A stretch of DNA of 28,092 bases, taken from contig NW_021833381.1 of NCBI RefSeq assembly GCF_006345805.1, positions 1 through 28,092 of the forward strand, read 5' to 3'. The DNA comes from Octopus sinensis (lineage: Eukaryota). Made by a program: the position numbers and the translations under genes. Below, in pieces: positions 1 to 10,023 of the stretch (positions are counted from its first letter, which is position 1; each line of letters starts with the position of its first letter). Below the pieces are notes generated by a model, which was given only the letters and a program-made list of their open reading frames with translations, was not told the DNA's origin and did not search any database.

Positions 1-128
1 CCGCTACAAACACGCACATATTGTATGAATATTGTATTTATATATGTGCGACGTTATTAATATTTTGCATTTTATGCATATCTACGAAAATCTATCTCAT
101 AAATCATATATATATAATATATATATAG

Positions 129-280
129 TAGAGTTTTATGAAAAAAACAAAAGACGAAGACAGGTGGTGTGCAAAACAAAAGATGTATTAGTATAAACGC
201 CAGGAATAGAAAAAAGTCTTTTACGTTTTGAGCCTACGCTCTTCTACAGAAAGGGACACAGAAAAAACAAGGAGAGAAAA
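129..280 (-). mobile_element. Penelope-like element terminal fragment carrying a degenerate minimal hammerhead motif
   Basis: The minus strand of 218-253 reads CTTT-CTGTAGA-A-GAGC gtag GCTC-AAAA-CGT-A-AAAG, a hammerhead layout with palindromic ACGT stem III as in Penelope-associated ribozymes. The flank resembles 15570-15696 (shared acgc(t)caggaa and gag...gctcttc). Boundaries are approximate. Confidence 0.55.
218..253 (-). ncRNA. Degenerate minimal type-I hammerhead ribozyme motif (CUGUAGA core, GAAA mutated to AAAA)
   Basis: Stem I CUUU/AAAG, stem II GAGC/GCUC, stem III AC/GU, cleavage triplet GUA. Core deviations A6U and G12A suggest it is inactive. Confidence 0.5.
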
Positions 281-300
281 ACAGTAGTATTATTCTTAAA

Positions 301-304
<4 letters not shown>

Positions 305-341
<37 letters not shown>

Positions 342-388
342 GTGTTAAAATGTGTGTTTATGTAGATAGATAGATAGATAGATAGATA
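305..388. repeat. (TG)n and (GATA)n microsatellites
   Basis: Direct inspection. Confidence 0.95.
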
Positions 389-600
389 TTAATAAAAACA
401 AAGACAAGGTATGGTGTTTTAATGGTTCATAAAACATACACATGTCTCGGTAAATGCCCGTCATGATTACATAATAGCAGTTGAAGCATTATATCATCGT
501 GCATATAATGTTTACATATATTATATATATTTACATATATTATATATATATATATTATATATATTATAATATACTTTATTTTAAGCAGCAGAAAATTCAA

Positions 601-652
601 CAAAATCTGTTACTCTCTGAGTTTCTCGTTGCCGTTCATCAGGCATTTTTTG
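601..652 (-). ncRNA. Type-I hammerhead ribozyme-like motif, left arm (core intact)
   Basis: The minus strand reads CAAAAAATGC-CTGATGA-A-CG gcaa CG-A-GAAA-CTC aga GAGT-A-ACAGATTTTG. CUGAUGA and GAAA are intact, stem III is ACUC/GAGU and the cleavage triplet is GUA. Stem I pairs at 7 of 10 positions. Confidence 0.6.
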
Positions 653-663
653 CTAGAATCTAG

Positions 664-709
664 CAAAAACTGTCTGATGACGGCAACGAGACTCAAGTAA
701 CAGATTTTG
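664..709 (+). ncRNA. Type-I hammerhead ribozyme-like motif, right arm (GAAA box damaged)
   Basis: The plus strand reads CAAAAACTGT-CTGATGA-CG gcaa CG-AGA-CTCAAGT-A-ACAGATTTTG. Stem I pairs at 9 of 10 positions and CUGAUGA is intact, but GAAA is reduced to AGA. Confidence 0.5.
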
Positions 710-805
710 TTGAATTTTCTGCTGCTAAAATAAAGCATATTACTCTAACCACTGGTATTGAGTACTCTTTTTTCCACCTTGTTTCACATTTATGTGTTTA
801 CTACG

Positions 806-856
806 GTATATATTATATATATATATATATTATATATATATATAATTATATATATA

Positions 857-889
<33 letters not shown>

Positions 890-906
890 TAATATATTAT
901 ATATAT
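806..906. repeat. (TA)n microsatellite
   Basis: Direct inspection. Confidence 0.95.
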
Positions 907-1140
907 ACAAGCGTGTGTGTGAGTGATGTAATTTAACATCATCTGGTGTAATAACCTTATAACGTGAATTCCCAGATGCAAGAATACAACTATTGTTGGA
1001 TCATATTTCTGTAATATCTATGAAATAAAATATATAATATATGAAACATTCAGCAAATAACTGCGGATGGTAAAGTACAGAAACAATTGTTGTGATTTAA
1101 ATTGAAGTCTGTTCAATCCATTTTCTGGTATTATAAATTC

Positions 1141-1215
1141 ATATATATATATGTATATGTGTGGATACTTATATATATATATATGTATGTATGTACGTAT
1201 GTATATATGTGAATC

Positions 1216-1246
<31 letters not shown>

Positions 1247-1359
1247 ATGTATGTATATATGTGAATATATATATACACACCATTATTTATGTATGTATGC
1301 ATATATATATGTATATATATGTATCTGTGTTGTATATATATATAATTTTTTTATATATT

Positions 1360-1433
<74 letters not shown>

Positions 1434-1505
1434 TCACACATCCATAAACGGTTTAAAAGAACGAGTCATCATCTTACAGCGAAATGTACATACATATACA
1501 TATGC

Positions 1506-1539
<34 letters not shown>

Positions 1540-1568
1540 ATGTATATATATATATGTATTTATGTATG

Positions 1569-1600
<32 letters not shown>

Positions 1601-1650
1601 GTATGTATGTATGTATGTATGTATGTATTATGTATATATATGTATGTATG
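1141..1650. repeat. Compound (TA)n/(TG)n/(TATG)n microsatellite block
   Basis: Direct inspection; it explains the YI/CV/MYVC ORFs. Confidence 0.95.
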
Positions 1651-1924
1651 TGTAACCGCAAAAGAGGAGCGAAATAAAACAAATCCGACAGTAGTATTAT
1701 TCTTAAATACATTTTTTGCCGTTTGTTTTCTGTTTTTGCTTTCTTTTCTTTGTTTTTTTTCTGGTTTGTTTTTTATTTATTTATTCTTTTTAGATGAAGA
1801 ATATTTGGAATTGGAACATATTGGCATTTAAGAGTTTTCATTTACAGAATCAATGTTCCGTTATAGAAAATATTTGTTCAGAACAATTTCCTGTATTTGA
1901 ACATACGCACCAAATATATATACC

Positions 1925-1969
1925 ATACATAAATATATATATATATACATACATACATACATACATACA

Positions 1970-2001
<32 letters not shown>

Positions 2002-2002
2002 A

Positions 2003-2033
<31 letters not shown>

Positions 2034-2121
2034 AAGATATATATATTCATATATATATAAGTATATATATATATATATATGTATATATAAACATACATAT
2101 TTATATATCTATCTATCTATT

Positions 2122-2153
<32 letters not shown>

Positions 2154-2530
2154 TATATGTGTGTGTGTGTGTGTGTGTTGTTTCTTTGCGTCATACAATC
2201 ATAAATTCATGTATACATGCATACTTACTTACATACACACTTTCATACATATATGTATATATGTATACACACACACATGTATACATTCATATATACATAT
2301 ACACATACGTACATATACACATATACTCATGCATATGTATACATACTTCTACATGTACATATATGCATACATATAAACATACACACATATATGCATACAT
2401 ATAAACATACACACATATATGCATACATATAAACATACACACATATATGCATACATACATATATACATATATCCCTATACATAGATACATGCATACATAT
2501 ATTCATAAACATATATACATACATGTATAC
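1925..2530. repeat. Compound (CATA)n/(GA)n/(TA)n/(CA)n microsatellite block
   Basis: Direct inspection. Confidence 0.9.
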
Positions 2531-3231
2531 ACCCACCCACACATAAATAGACAAAATCGATTCCAATTTACTTAGTAGATAATTGATTCTGATATTCAAT
2601 AGGATTCTTATCTTTCATAATTAAAACGTTAAACTAATAAACAGCCCAAATTAAAATAATTAATAGCGTTTGTACCACCAAATACGTGTAGGTGACAAAT
2701 TCAGTATGCAGTTAATACCAAACAAAATTCGATTGGATGAATTTTTTTCTGTCTTCAACTTCTGCCGACAACATCTGTTTGTCGGAATGGAAAGAAGAGC
2801 AGAGAACATAATTTCCCTTTTAAAGGAACAAAGCCTCTCTGCTACAGAGTCCCCTCGTGTCTATACAGTAACTTGGTACCTTGTGGTCCCAGGCAAAACT
2901 GTAGAGTATTTCAGAGCGGTACTGTGTGGCTAAGACTTTAGGCTTACAGGCATACCAATTTGTGAAAGTATTTTGTCACCAATTAAAAGTTTTTCAATGC
3001 AAATCACTTAAATTAGTTACTCGGTGACACGGGCCGCATGGAAAGCAATAGTTAAGTTAGTGATGCCATATTTAATATGGTATAATGGACTCGGTTAAAA
3101 ATGGCTTCGGAGTGAAGAAAAGACGTTAGCTCAATGGCTAATGCTAACCATTTCGTCGTGAAGGAGGAATAATTTCCGATATGTTTTGATATATAACTTC
3201 CGATATAACTTCCGACAGTGATGTCCGGAGA

Positions 3232-3348
3232 GATGATGACGACGACGACGATAACGATGACGACGACGACCACGATAACGATGACAACGACGACGACGAT
3301 GATGATGGTGATGATGATGATGATGATGACGACGACGACGACGACGAC

Positions 3349-3379
<31 letters not shown>

Positions 3380-3434
3380 GTGGTGGTAATGATGATGATG
3401 ATGGTGGTGGTAATGATGATGATGATGGTGGTGG

Positions 3435-3469
<35 letters not shown>

Positions 3470-3470
3470 A
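3232..3470. repeat. (GAT)n/(GAC)n/(GGT)n trinucleotide array
   Basis: Direct inspection; source of the poly-M, poly-H and poly-T ORFs. Confidence 0.95.
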
Positions 3471-3499
3471 TGGAGTAACGCTAAGCTGAAATGGTTTGT

Positions 3500-3745
3500 T
3501 GCATTTTTGCTGATGTTTGTTTGTTTGCTTGTTTGATTGTTTGTTTGTTTAACCCCAGGTCTATCTTGATCAAACAGTTCTCCGATCGAAGGTATTCTAG
3601 CCATGATCATTTTGGCTCTTTGTGTATTTCGAACCGGACTAACAGATCTAAAAGAATGTCCTCCGCCTTTTATTTATCCACAGAGTAGTTTCGAGTTCGA
3701 GACAGATTTGGCCACTTCTTCTCATAAGCCGAGTGGAAACGTAAC
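3500..3745 (-). mobile_element. Degenerate SINE/LINE-tail-like interspersed repeat (family D) with (AAAC)n tail
   Basis: ccccaggtctatcttgatcaaacag...gagacagatttggccacttcttct aligns with 22478-22650 and with the reverse complement of 27499-28092. Confidence 0.5.
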
Positions 3746-3787
3746 TAGAAGTAGGAATTCAGTGACGCAAACTGCTTAAAAGATACC

Positions 3788-5346
3788 GTTGGCTGGGTGG
3801 CTGGCTGGTTGGTTGGTTGGTTGGTTGGTTGGTTGGTTGGTTGGTTGGTTGGTTGGTTTGCTGATTGGTTGGTTGGTTGGTTGGTTGGTTGTGTGGTTGG
3901 TTGGTTTGTTGGTTGGTTGGCTGGTTGGTTGGTTGGTTGGTTGGTTGGTTGTTGGTTGCTGATTGGTTGGTTGGTTGGTTGGTTGGTTGTGTGGTTGGTT
4001 GGTTTGTTGGTTGGTTGGCTGGTTGGTTGGTTGGTTGGTTGGTTGGTTGGTTGGTTTGCTGATTGGTTGGTTGGTTGGTTGGTTGGTTGGTTTTGGTTGG
4101 TTGGTTGGTTGGTGGTTGGTTGGTGGTTGGTTGGTTGTGTTGTGGTGGTTGGTTTGTTGGTTGGTTGGCTGGTTGGTTTGTTGTGGTTGGTTGGTTGGTT
4201 GTTGGTTTGCTGATTGGCTGGTGGTTGGTTGGTTTTGTGGTGTGGTTTTGGGGTTTGTGGTTGGTTGGCTGTGGTTTGGTTGGTTGGTTGGTTGGTTGGT
4301 TGGGTTGGTTGGTTGGTTGGTTGGTTGGTTGGTTTGGCTGATGGTGGGTGGTTGGTTGGTTGGTGGTGGTTGGTTGTGGTGGTTGGTTGGGTGGTGGGTT
4401 GGTTGGTTGTTGGTTGGTTGGTTGGTTGGTTGGTTGGTTGGTTGGTTGTTGGTTGGTTGGTTTGCTGTATTGGTTGGTTGGTTGGTGGTTGGTGTGGTTG
4501 TTGGTGGTTGGTTGGTTGGCTGGTTGGTTGGTTGGTTGGTGGTTGGTTGGTTGGTGTGGTTGGCTGGTTGGTTGGTTGGTTGGTGGTTGGTTGGTTGGTT
4601 GGTTGGTTGGTTGGTTGGTTGGTTGCTGATTGGTTGGTTGGTGGTTGGTTGGTTGTGTGTTGGTGGTTGTTGGTTGGTTGGATGGTTGGTTGGTGGGTGG
4701 GTGGTTGGTTTGCTGATTGGTTGGTTGTGGTTGGTTGTGTGGTGGTTGGTTTGTTGGTTGGTTGGCTGGTGTTGGTGGTTGGTTGGTGGTTGGTTGGTTG
4801 GTTGGTTGGTTGGTTGGTTGGTTGCTGATTGGTTGGTTGGTTGGTTGGTTGTGTGGTTGGTTGGTTGGTTTGTTAGTTGTTGATGGTTGGTTGGTGGTTG
4901 GTTGGTTGGTTGGTTGGCGGGTGGTTGGTTGGTTGGTTGGTTGTGGTTGGTTGTTGGTTGGTTGTTGGTTGGTTGGCTGGTTGGTTGGCTGTTGGTGGTT
5001 GTTGGCTGGTGGTTGATTGGCTGGTTTGTTGGTGGTTGGTGGCTGGTTGGTGGTTGGTTGGTTGGTTGGCTGGTTGGTTGTTGGTTGGTTGTTTGGTTCG
5101 TTGGTTGGGTGGTGGTTGGTTGGTTGGTTGGTTGGACTGGTTGTTGGTTGGTTGGTTGGTTGGTTGGTTGTTTGGTTGGTTGTTTGGTTGGTTGGTTGGC
5201 TTGTTGGTTGGTTGGCTGGTTGGTTGGTTGGTTGTCTGGTTGGTTGGTTGGTTGGTTGGTTGGTTGGTTGGTTGGTTGGTTGGTTGGTTGGTTGTCTGGT
5301 TGGTTGGTTGGTTGGTTGTTGGTTGGTTGGTTTGTTGGTTGGTTGG
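3788..5346. repeat. About 1.56-kb degenerate (GGTT)n tetranucleotide array
   Basis: Direct inspection; source of the 543-aa QPTN and LVGW ORFs. Confidence 0.98.
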
Positions 5347-5419
5347 TGCGTGAACTGAAAACTCTCACAATCTCGTGATGAATTAGCCAATCACAGATTT
5401 TCACCAAAAGACAGACTCT

Positions 5420-5560
5420 GTAAATTATGAAGGAGGAACAAGGAAAAGAAGGTGGAGGACGACGAGGGGGGAGAAAGAGGAGAATGAGGAGGAGGACGAG
5501 GTGGGGGAAGAGAAGCAGGAGGACGAGGGGGTGCGAAGAGGAGGACCAGGGCGGAAAAGA
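5420..5560. repeat. Purine-rich (GGA/GAG) low-complexity tract
   Basis: Direct inspection. Confidence 0.8.
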
Positions 5561-5786
5561 GAAGTCGCCTCTGCCACCACCTCAATAACTAATTCCATCC
5601 TTCTTTGCCACACACAATAATTTCGTCGACCACAAATGCTGAACAAGATTAAACCAACCCTATCGAGTTATTAACTGACGAAAAAAAAAAGGAAAGAAAT
5701 AAGGAGGATTGTAATTAAAATATTGTTAATCCATTGGGTAATTACTGCAAGGGAACCAGATATCAATAATCTTTCATAAGCCGGGT

Positions 5787-5863
5787 ATATACATATACAT
5801 ATATATACATACATATATACACATATATATATATGTATGTATGTATGTATGTATATATGTATG

Positions 5864-5897
<34 letters not shown>

Positions 5898-5933
5898 TAT
5901 GTATATGTATGTATATATGTATGTATGTATGTC

Positions 5934-5965
<32 letters not shown>

Positions 5966-6205
5966 TGTATGTATGTATGTATGTATGTATGTATGTATGT
6001 ATGTATGTATGTATTTATGAATGTATGTATGTGGGTGAGTGTATATATTTACTGTAAGTACATCTTAATTGGTTATTAATACATTTCTGTGCTTTCTTTT
6101 GATATGTAGGGTAAGTGGGTGTAGAGGGAGGCGTATGTTGTACGTATGACTGTTTATGTGTATGATGAGTATTTATGGGTAGATTTGTGTGTGTCTCTGT
6201 CTCTG

Positions 6206-6250
<45 letters not shown>

Positions 6251-6373
6251 GTGTGTGTATGTATATATGTATATGTATATATTTGTGGATATATGTGTCT
6301 GTATAAGTGTATACATATCATTATATTTGTGTGCATATCAATGTGCATATATGTGTATGTGTTTGTGTGCTTA

Positions 6374-6405
<32 letters not shown>

Positions 6406-6425
6406 CGCGTGTGTATGTGTGTGTG
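5787..6425. repeat. (TATG)n and (TG)n compound microsatellites
   Basis: Direct inspection; blocks at 5787-6035 and about 6190-6425. Confidence 0.9.
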
Positions 6426-7153
6426 TAAGGATTATCAAAACTCCTTCGCGATCCAGTCTCCTTATATTCTCAAGGAGAGACATACTTCACCACAAACCTA
6501 CACAAATACACTTTAATCATTTTCTTTTATTTCATTTTATTTTATTTTATTTTATCATTACATTTAATTGGGGTTTTTTTCATCTTTTTTTTCTTCCTCT
6601 TTTTTTCCAGAGAGAAGATCAAAGAAAGGGATTCTAAGCTTTGCAATTCAAGAGGGACCAAGTTATTTATTTACTTACTTATTAGATGAGGAGGTGGGGG
6701 CTACCCCCACCTTCATCCTTCACTGAATCTCACACCCCAAAGTAAAATAAAATAAAATAAGAATGAACCCTTTTTTTTAATTCAAAAAGAAAAATACTGA
6801 AAGTTTGACTTGTCGGGTGAAGGTGGAGCTTGAGTTAGGGGTGTTGCTTGAGTGAGGGGTGGAGCTCAAGCAGGACCTGGAGTCTAATCTCAGCGAATGA
6901 CAATTTTTTTTACCCCTACTTGCCATCTTTTTTGCCTTATTCAGTGGCAGTGTGATGGGAGGGTATAGTGACGATGATGGTGATGCGGTGATGCGATGAT
7001 GGTGATGTTGTTTTGGTGGGATTGCAAGAGAATATCATTTCCTGTCTAATTGGTGACTGTTTCCCAAGAAACGGAGTCGATGAAGGACAATCGTACCAGT
7101 TATTTTCTGGGGCATATAAAATAAACTACCCACTTAACTAGTTAAATAACGAT

Positions 7154-7199
<46 letters not shown>

Positions 7200-7405
7200 T
7201 AATAATAATAATAATCCTTTCTACTAAAGGTACAAGACCTGAAATTTGTGGGGAGGAGACAATCGATTGCATCGACTCCAGTACTCAACTAGTACTTAAT
7301 TTATCGACCCCGAAAGGATGAAAGGCAAAATCGACCTCGGAGGAATTTGAACTCAGAACACGAAGACAGACGAAATGCCACTAAGCATTCTGCCAGCTCA
7401 CCGCC
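7154..7405 (-). mobile_element. tRNA-derived SINE with Nin-like central domain and (ATT)n tail
   Basis: Minus strand: ggcggtgagctggcagaatgc... head, B-box-like gttctgagttcaaattcc, and gtcgattttgcctttcatcctttcggggtcgataaattaagtactagtt, which I recognise as Nin/Deu-domain-like. Homologous to 12530-13124. Confidence 0.8.
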
Positions 7406-7406
7406 T

Positions 7407-7431
7407 TAATAATAATAATAATAATAATAAT

Positions 7432-7520
<89 letters not shown>

Positions 7521-7545
7521 TGATAATAATGATAATAATAATAAG
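7407..7545. repeat. (AAT)n microsatellite, probably the expanded tail of the adjacent SINE
   Basis: Direct inspection. Confidence 0.95.
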
Positions 7546-7574
7546 AAGAAGAACAATTGTTTTATATTTAGACA

Positions 7575-7761
7575 CCAGGGGAGTTCGTTAGTCGATTACA
7601 TCAACCCAAGTAGTTCACTGATAATTTATTTCATCGACCAACCAGCCCCCCCCCCAAAAAAATGAAGGCAAAATTGAACTCGGCAGGATTTGAATTCAGA
7701 ACGCAGAGAATCTGAAGGAATACCATAAGGAATTCCTTCTGACTCTCTAACGATTCTGCCA
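7575..7761 (-). mobile_element. Diverged second copy of the Nin-like SINE
   Basis: aaggcaaaattgaactcggcaggatttgaattcagaacg...ctaacgattctgcca aligns with 7320-7400 and 13020-13115. Confidence 0.65.
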
Positions 7762-7939
7762 ATTATTGACAGTCTGGATTCTGTTAAATTTTTTTCCGTC
7801 CATTTGTAGAAGTTCAAATTTTCACAAATTTTCATGTTGTTTTGGCTTAGTTTTGTATGCTGATGACGAAAATTGCATTCATTTTTCTGCCAGCGTGAGT
7901 GTAAGCATAAACACACGCACTTATGTCTCATAGAAGCAC

Positions 7940-8075
7940 CTCACCAACCGCTAAATGACGATCGATAAAGCAAATACCAGACAAAGTGGGCGGGATCTAT
8001 GAAATAACTAAAAAATTCTTTGGAAGTCGTGCCCAAGCATGGCCGCTGTCCAATGACTGAACCAATTACCAGATT
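7940..8075 (+). mobile_element. Highly degenerate 3' module of SINE family 1
   Basis: gtgcccaagcatggccgctgtccaatgactgaaccaa matches the family 1 tail ggtgctccagcatggccgcagtcaaatgactgaaacaa. Confidence 0.4.
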
Positions 8076-8364
8076 AAACCAGATTAAAAGAACAAAAGTG
8101 CCAGTTCTCATCACCAGTCGAGAGTATTGCAAGGAGATATTTTGCGACCCTTCCTCTACCAGGAAGCACCAACTCAGCAGCTATTATCTCTGTCCTACTG
8201 AACTTAGGCTAACGGTGAAGAGACGTCAACGGTTCCCCGTTAATTACGTTTCCAATATTGATCATTTTAAAACTATTTGCAAGAGAAAATAACTAGTTAC
8301 AGAGGTTATTATAGAGCACACATGCGCACATCCTAAACACATAGCGACACAGTCACCTCTACTC

Positions 8365-8469
8365 AAGCATATATGTGTGTGCATGAGTGTGTATGTGCGT
8401 CTGCATGTATGTGTGTGTCTGTATGTGTGTATGTCTTTATGTATATGTGTATATGTATATGTATATATA

Positions 8470-8541
<72 letters not shown>

Positions 8542-8715
8542 ATGTACATGTTTTTATATACACGTTTAACCATATATACGCGCGCATGCATATGCACATA
8601 ATATATATATGCATAGATATAGATATATGTATATAAATATATATATATATAAATACATACATATATATATATGTGTGTGTTTATACATATATATGTGTGT
8701 GCATGTATGTATGTA
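8365..8715. repeat. Compound (TG)n/(TA)n microsatellite
   Basis: Direct inspection. Confidence 0.9.
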
Positions 8716-8719
8716 TAAA

Positions 8720-9097
8720 CATGGTTCAGAGTTCAGTCCCACTGCGTGGCACCTTGAGTAAGTGTCTTCTTCTATAGCCTCGGGCCTACCAAAGCCTTGT
8801 GAGTGGATTTGGTAGTCGGAAACTGAAAGAAGCCCGTCGCATATATGTGTGTGTGCGTGTGTGTGTGTGTGTGTGTGTCTGTGTGTGTACATGTGTTCTG
8901 TGTTTGTCCTCCTACCATCACTTGACAAGCGATGTTGGTGTGTTTACGTCTCTGTAACTTGGCGGTTCGGCAAAAGAGGCTGATATAATAAGTAGTAGGC
9001 TTACAAAGAATGCGTCCTGGGGTCGATTTACTCGACTACATGGTGTGCTCCAGCATGGCCACTGTCAGAATACTGAAACAAGTAAAAGAATAAAAGA
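8720..9097 (+). mobile_element. SINE family 1 (tRNA-derived, bipartite with internal microsatellite), 5'-truncated
   Basis: B-box-like agttcagtccc, core ccttgagtaagtgtcttct, (TG)n linker and 3' module ending gaaacaagtaaaagaataaaaga. Aligns with 10024-10440. Confidence 0.9.
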
Positions 9098-9104
9098 TTA
9101 AATA

Positions 9105-9365
<261 letters not shown>

Positions 9366-10023
9366 TAATACACGCACGAATGGCACTTAAATGAGCCACG
9401 TACGCAATACGTGATTAGCTAAATAGACTGACATTAAGAAAGGATTAGAGAGCAAGGAATGAATCGTCTGGAAGTATTTAGCAATAAACGAACAGTAACA
9501 AACGGTTTGTGGCACTCAGAATACGAAGAAGAAGACGCTGACGACAACGAAATACAGGAAACTATGAGAGAGAGAGAGGAAGAGAACGAAAGAGAGAGAG
9601 GAGGAGGTGGAGTGTGTGTGTGTGTGCATGCGTTACGTGAGTGAGGCAGTGTAAGTTTGAGTGTAGGGAAATTTAGACAAGAGAATTATAGATTGCTTTC
9701 TGAGCTTTAAAACGAGTGGCCAGTAGGAAAAGAGCAAACATAACGTAGAAAACAAGCAGATAGACATTAATGCATTAGCTGTCAGTTATAATATAATTAA
9801 TTGGAAGCGAACGAATTAATAAGACTAGACAGAAAGGAAAATAATATTAATGATAGGACAGACATTTTGGAAGAGATCGCTAGAAGGAGGAGGAGGAAAC
9901 GTGGAGAGTAAAGGCAATGATACGGCGTATTTTACGACGACCGTGAGCAGACTAACTGCTGTAATTAGAAAATCTATTAGGAAATCTAATCAGTGTAAGG
10001 CTTACAAGTAGATTCATAACATA

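Larger units (their letters stand above)
568..741. repeat. 174-bp near-perfect inverted repeat (palindrome); each arm contains a hammerhead-like motif
   Basis: The left arm aatatactttattttaagcagcagaaaattcaacaaaatctgttact... is the reverse complement of the right arm ...agtaacagattttgttgaattttctgctgctaaaataaagcatatt. The central loop is about 3 nt (ctag-aat-ctag). Confidence 0.95.

Noticed and set aside
1790-1915. Minus-strand peptide IQEIVLNKYFL*RN faintly like Penelope RT
   Set aside because: Too short and interrupted by stops to support.
1018-2599. YI/CV/HT/MYVC-rich ORFs here and throughout the window
   Set aside because: Translated di- and tetranucleotide microsatellites.
2670-2933. 87-aa non-repetitive ORF MYHQIRVGDK...
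   Set aside because: No recognisable domain, a non-ATG start and no convincing splice signals. The surrounding 2560-3230 may be an old transposon relic, but I cannot assign it.
3559-3595. Apparent micro-exon ccccag|GTCTAT...CGAAG|gtattc
   Set aside because: Lies inside the family D repeat; the splice-like words are part of the repeat.
3759-5407. Two 543-aa ORFs (QPTN repeats) and many LVGW ORFs
   Set aside because: Translations of the stop-free (GGTT)n array; open in many frames on both strands.
6585-6665. Strong polypyrimidine tract plus cag acceptor at about 6610
   Set aside because: No good donor and no recognisable peptide downstream.
7860-7885. CTGATGA-C-GAAA-ATTGCATTC hammerhead-like words
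   Set aside because: No stem II and no stem I pairing; chance match.
9538-9560. CTGACGA-caac-GAAA
   Set aside because: No helices can form around the core words.
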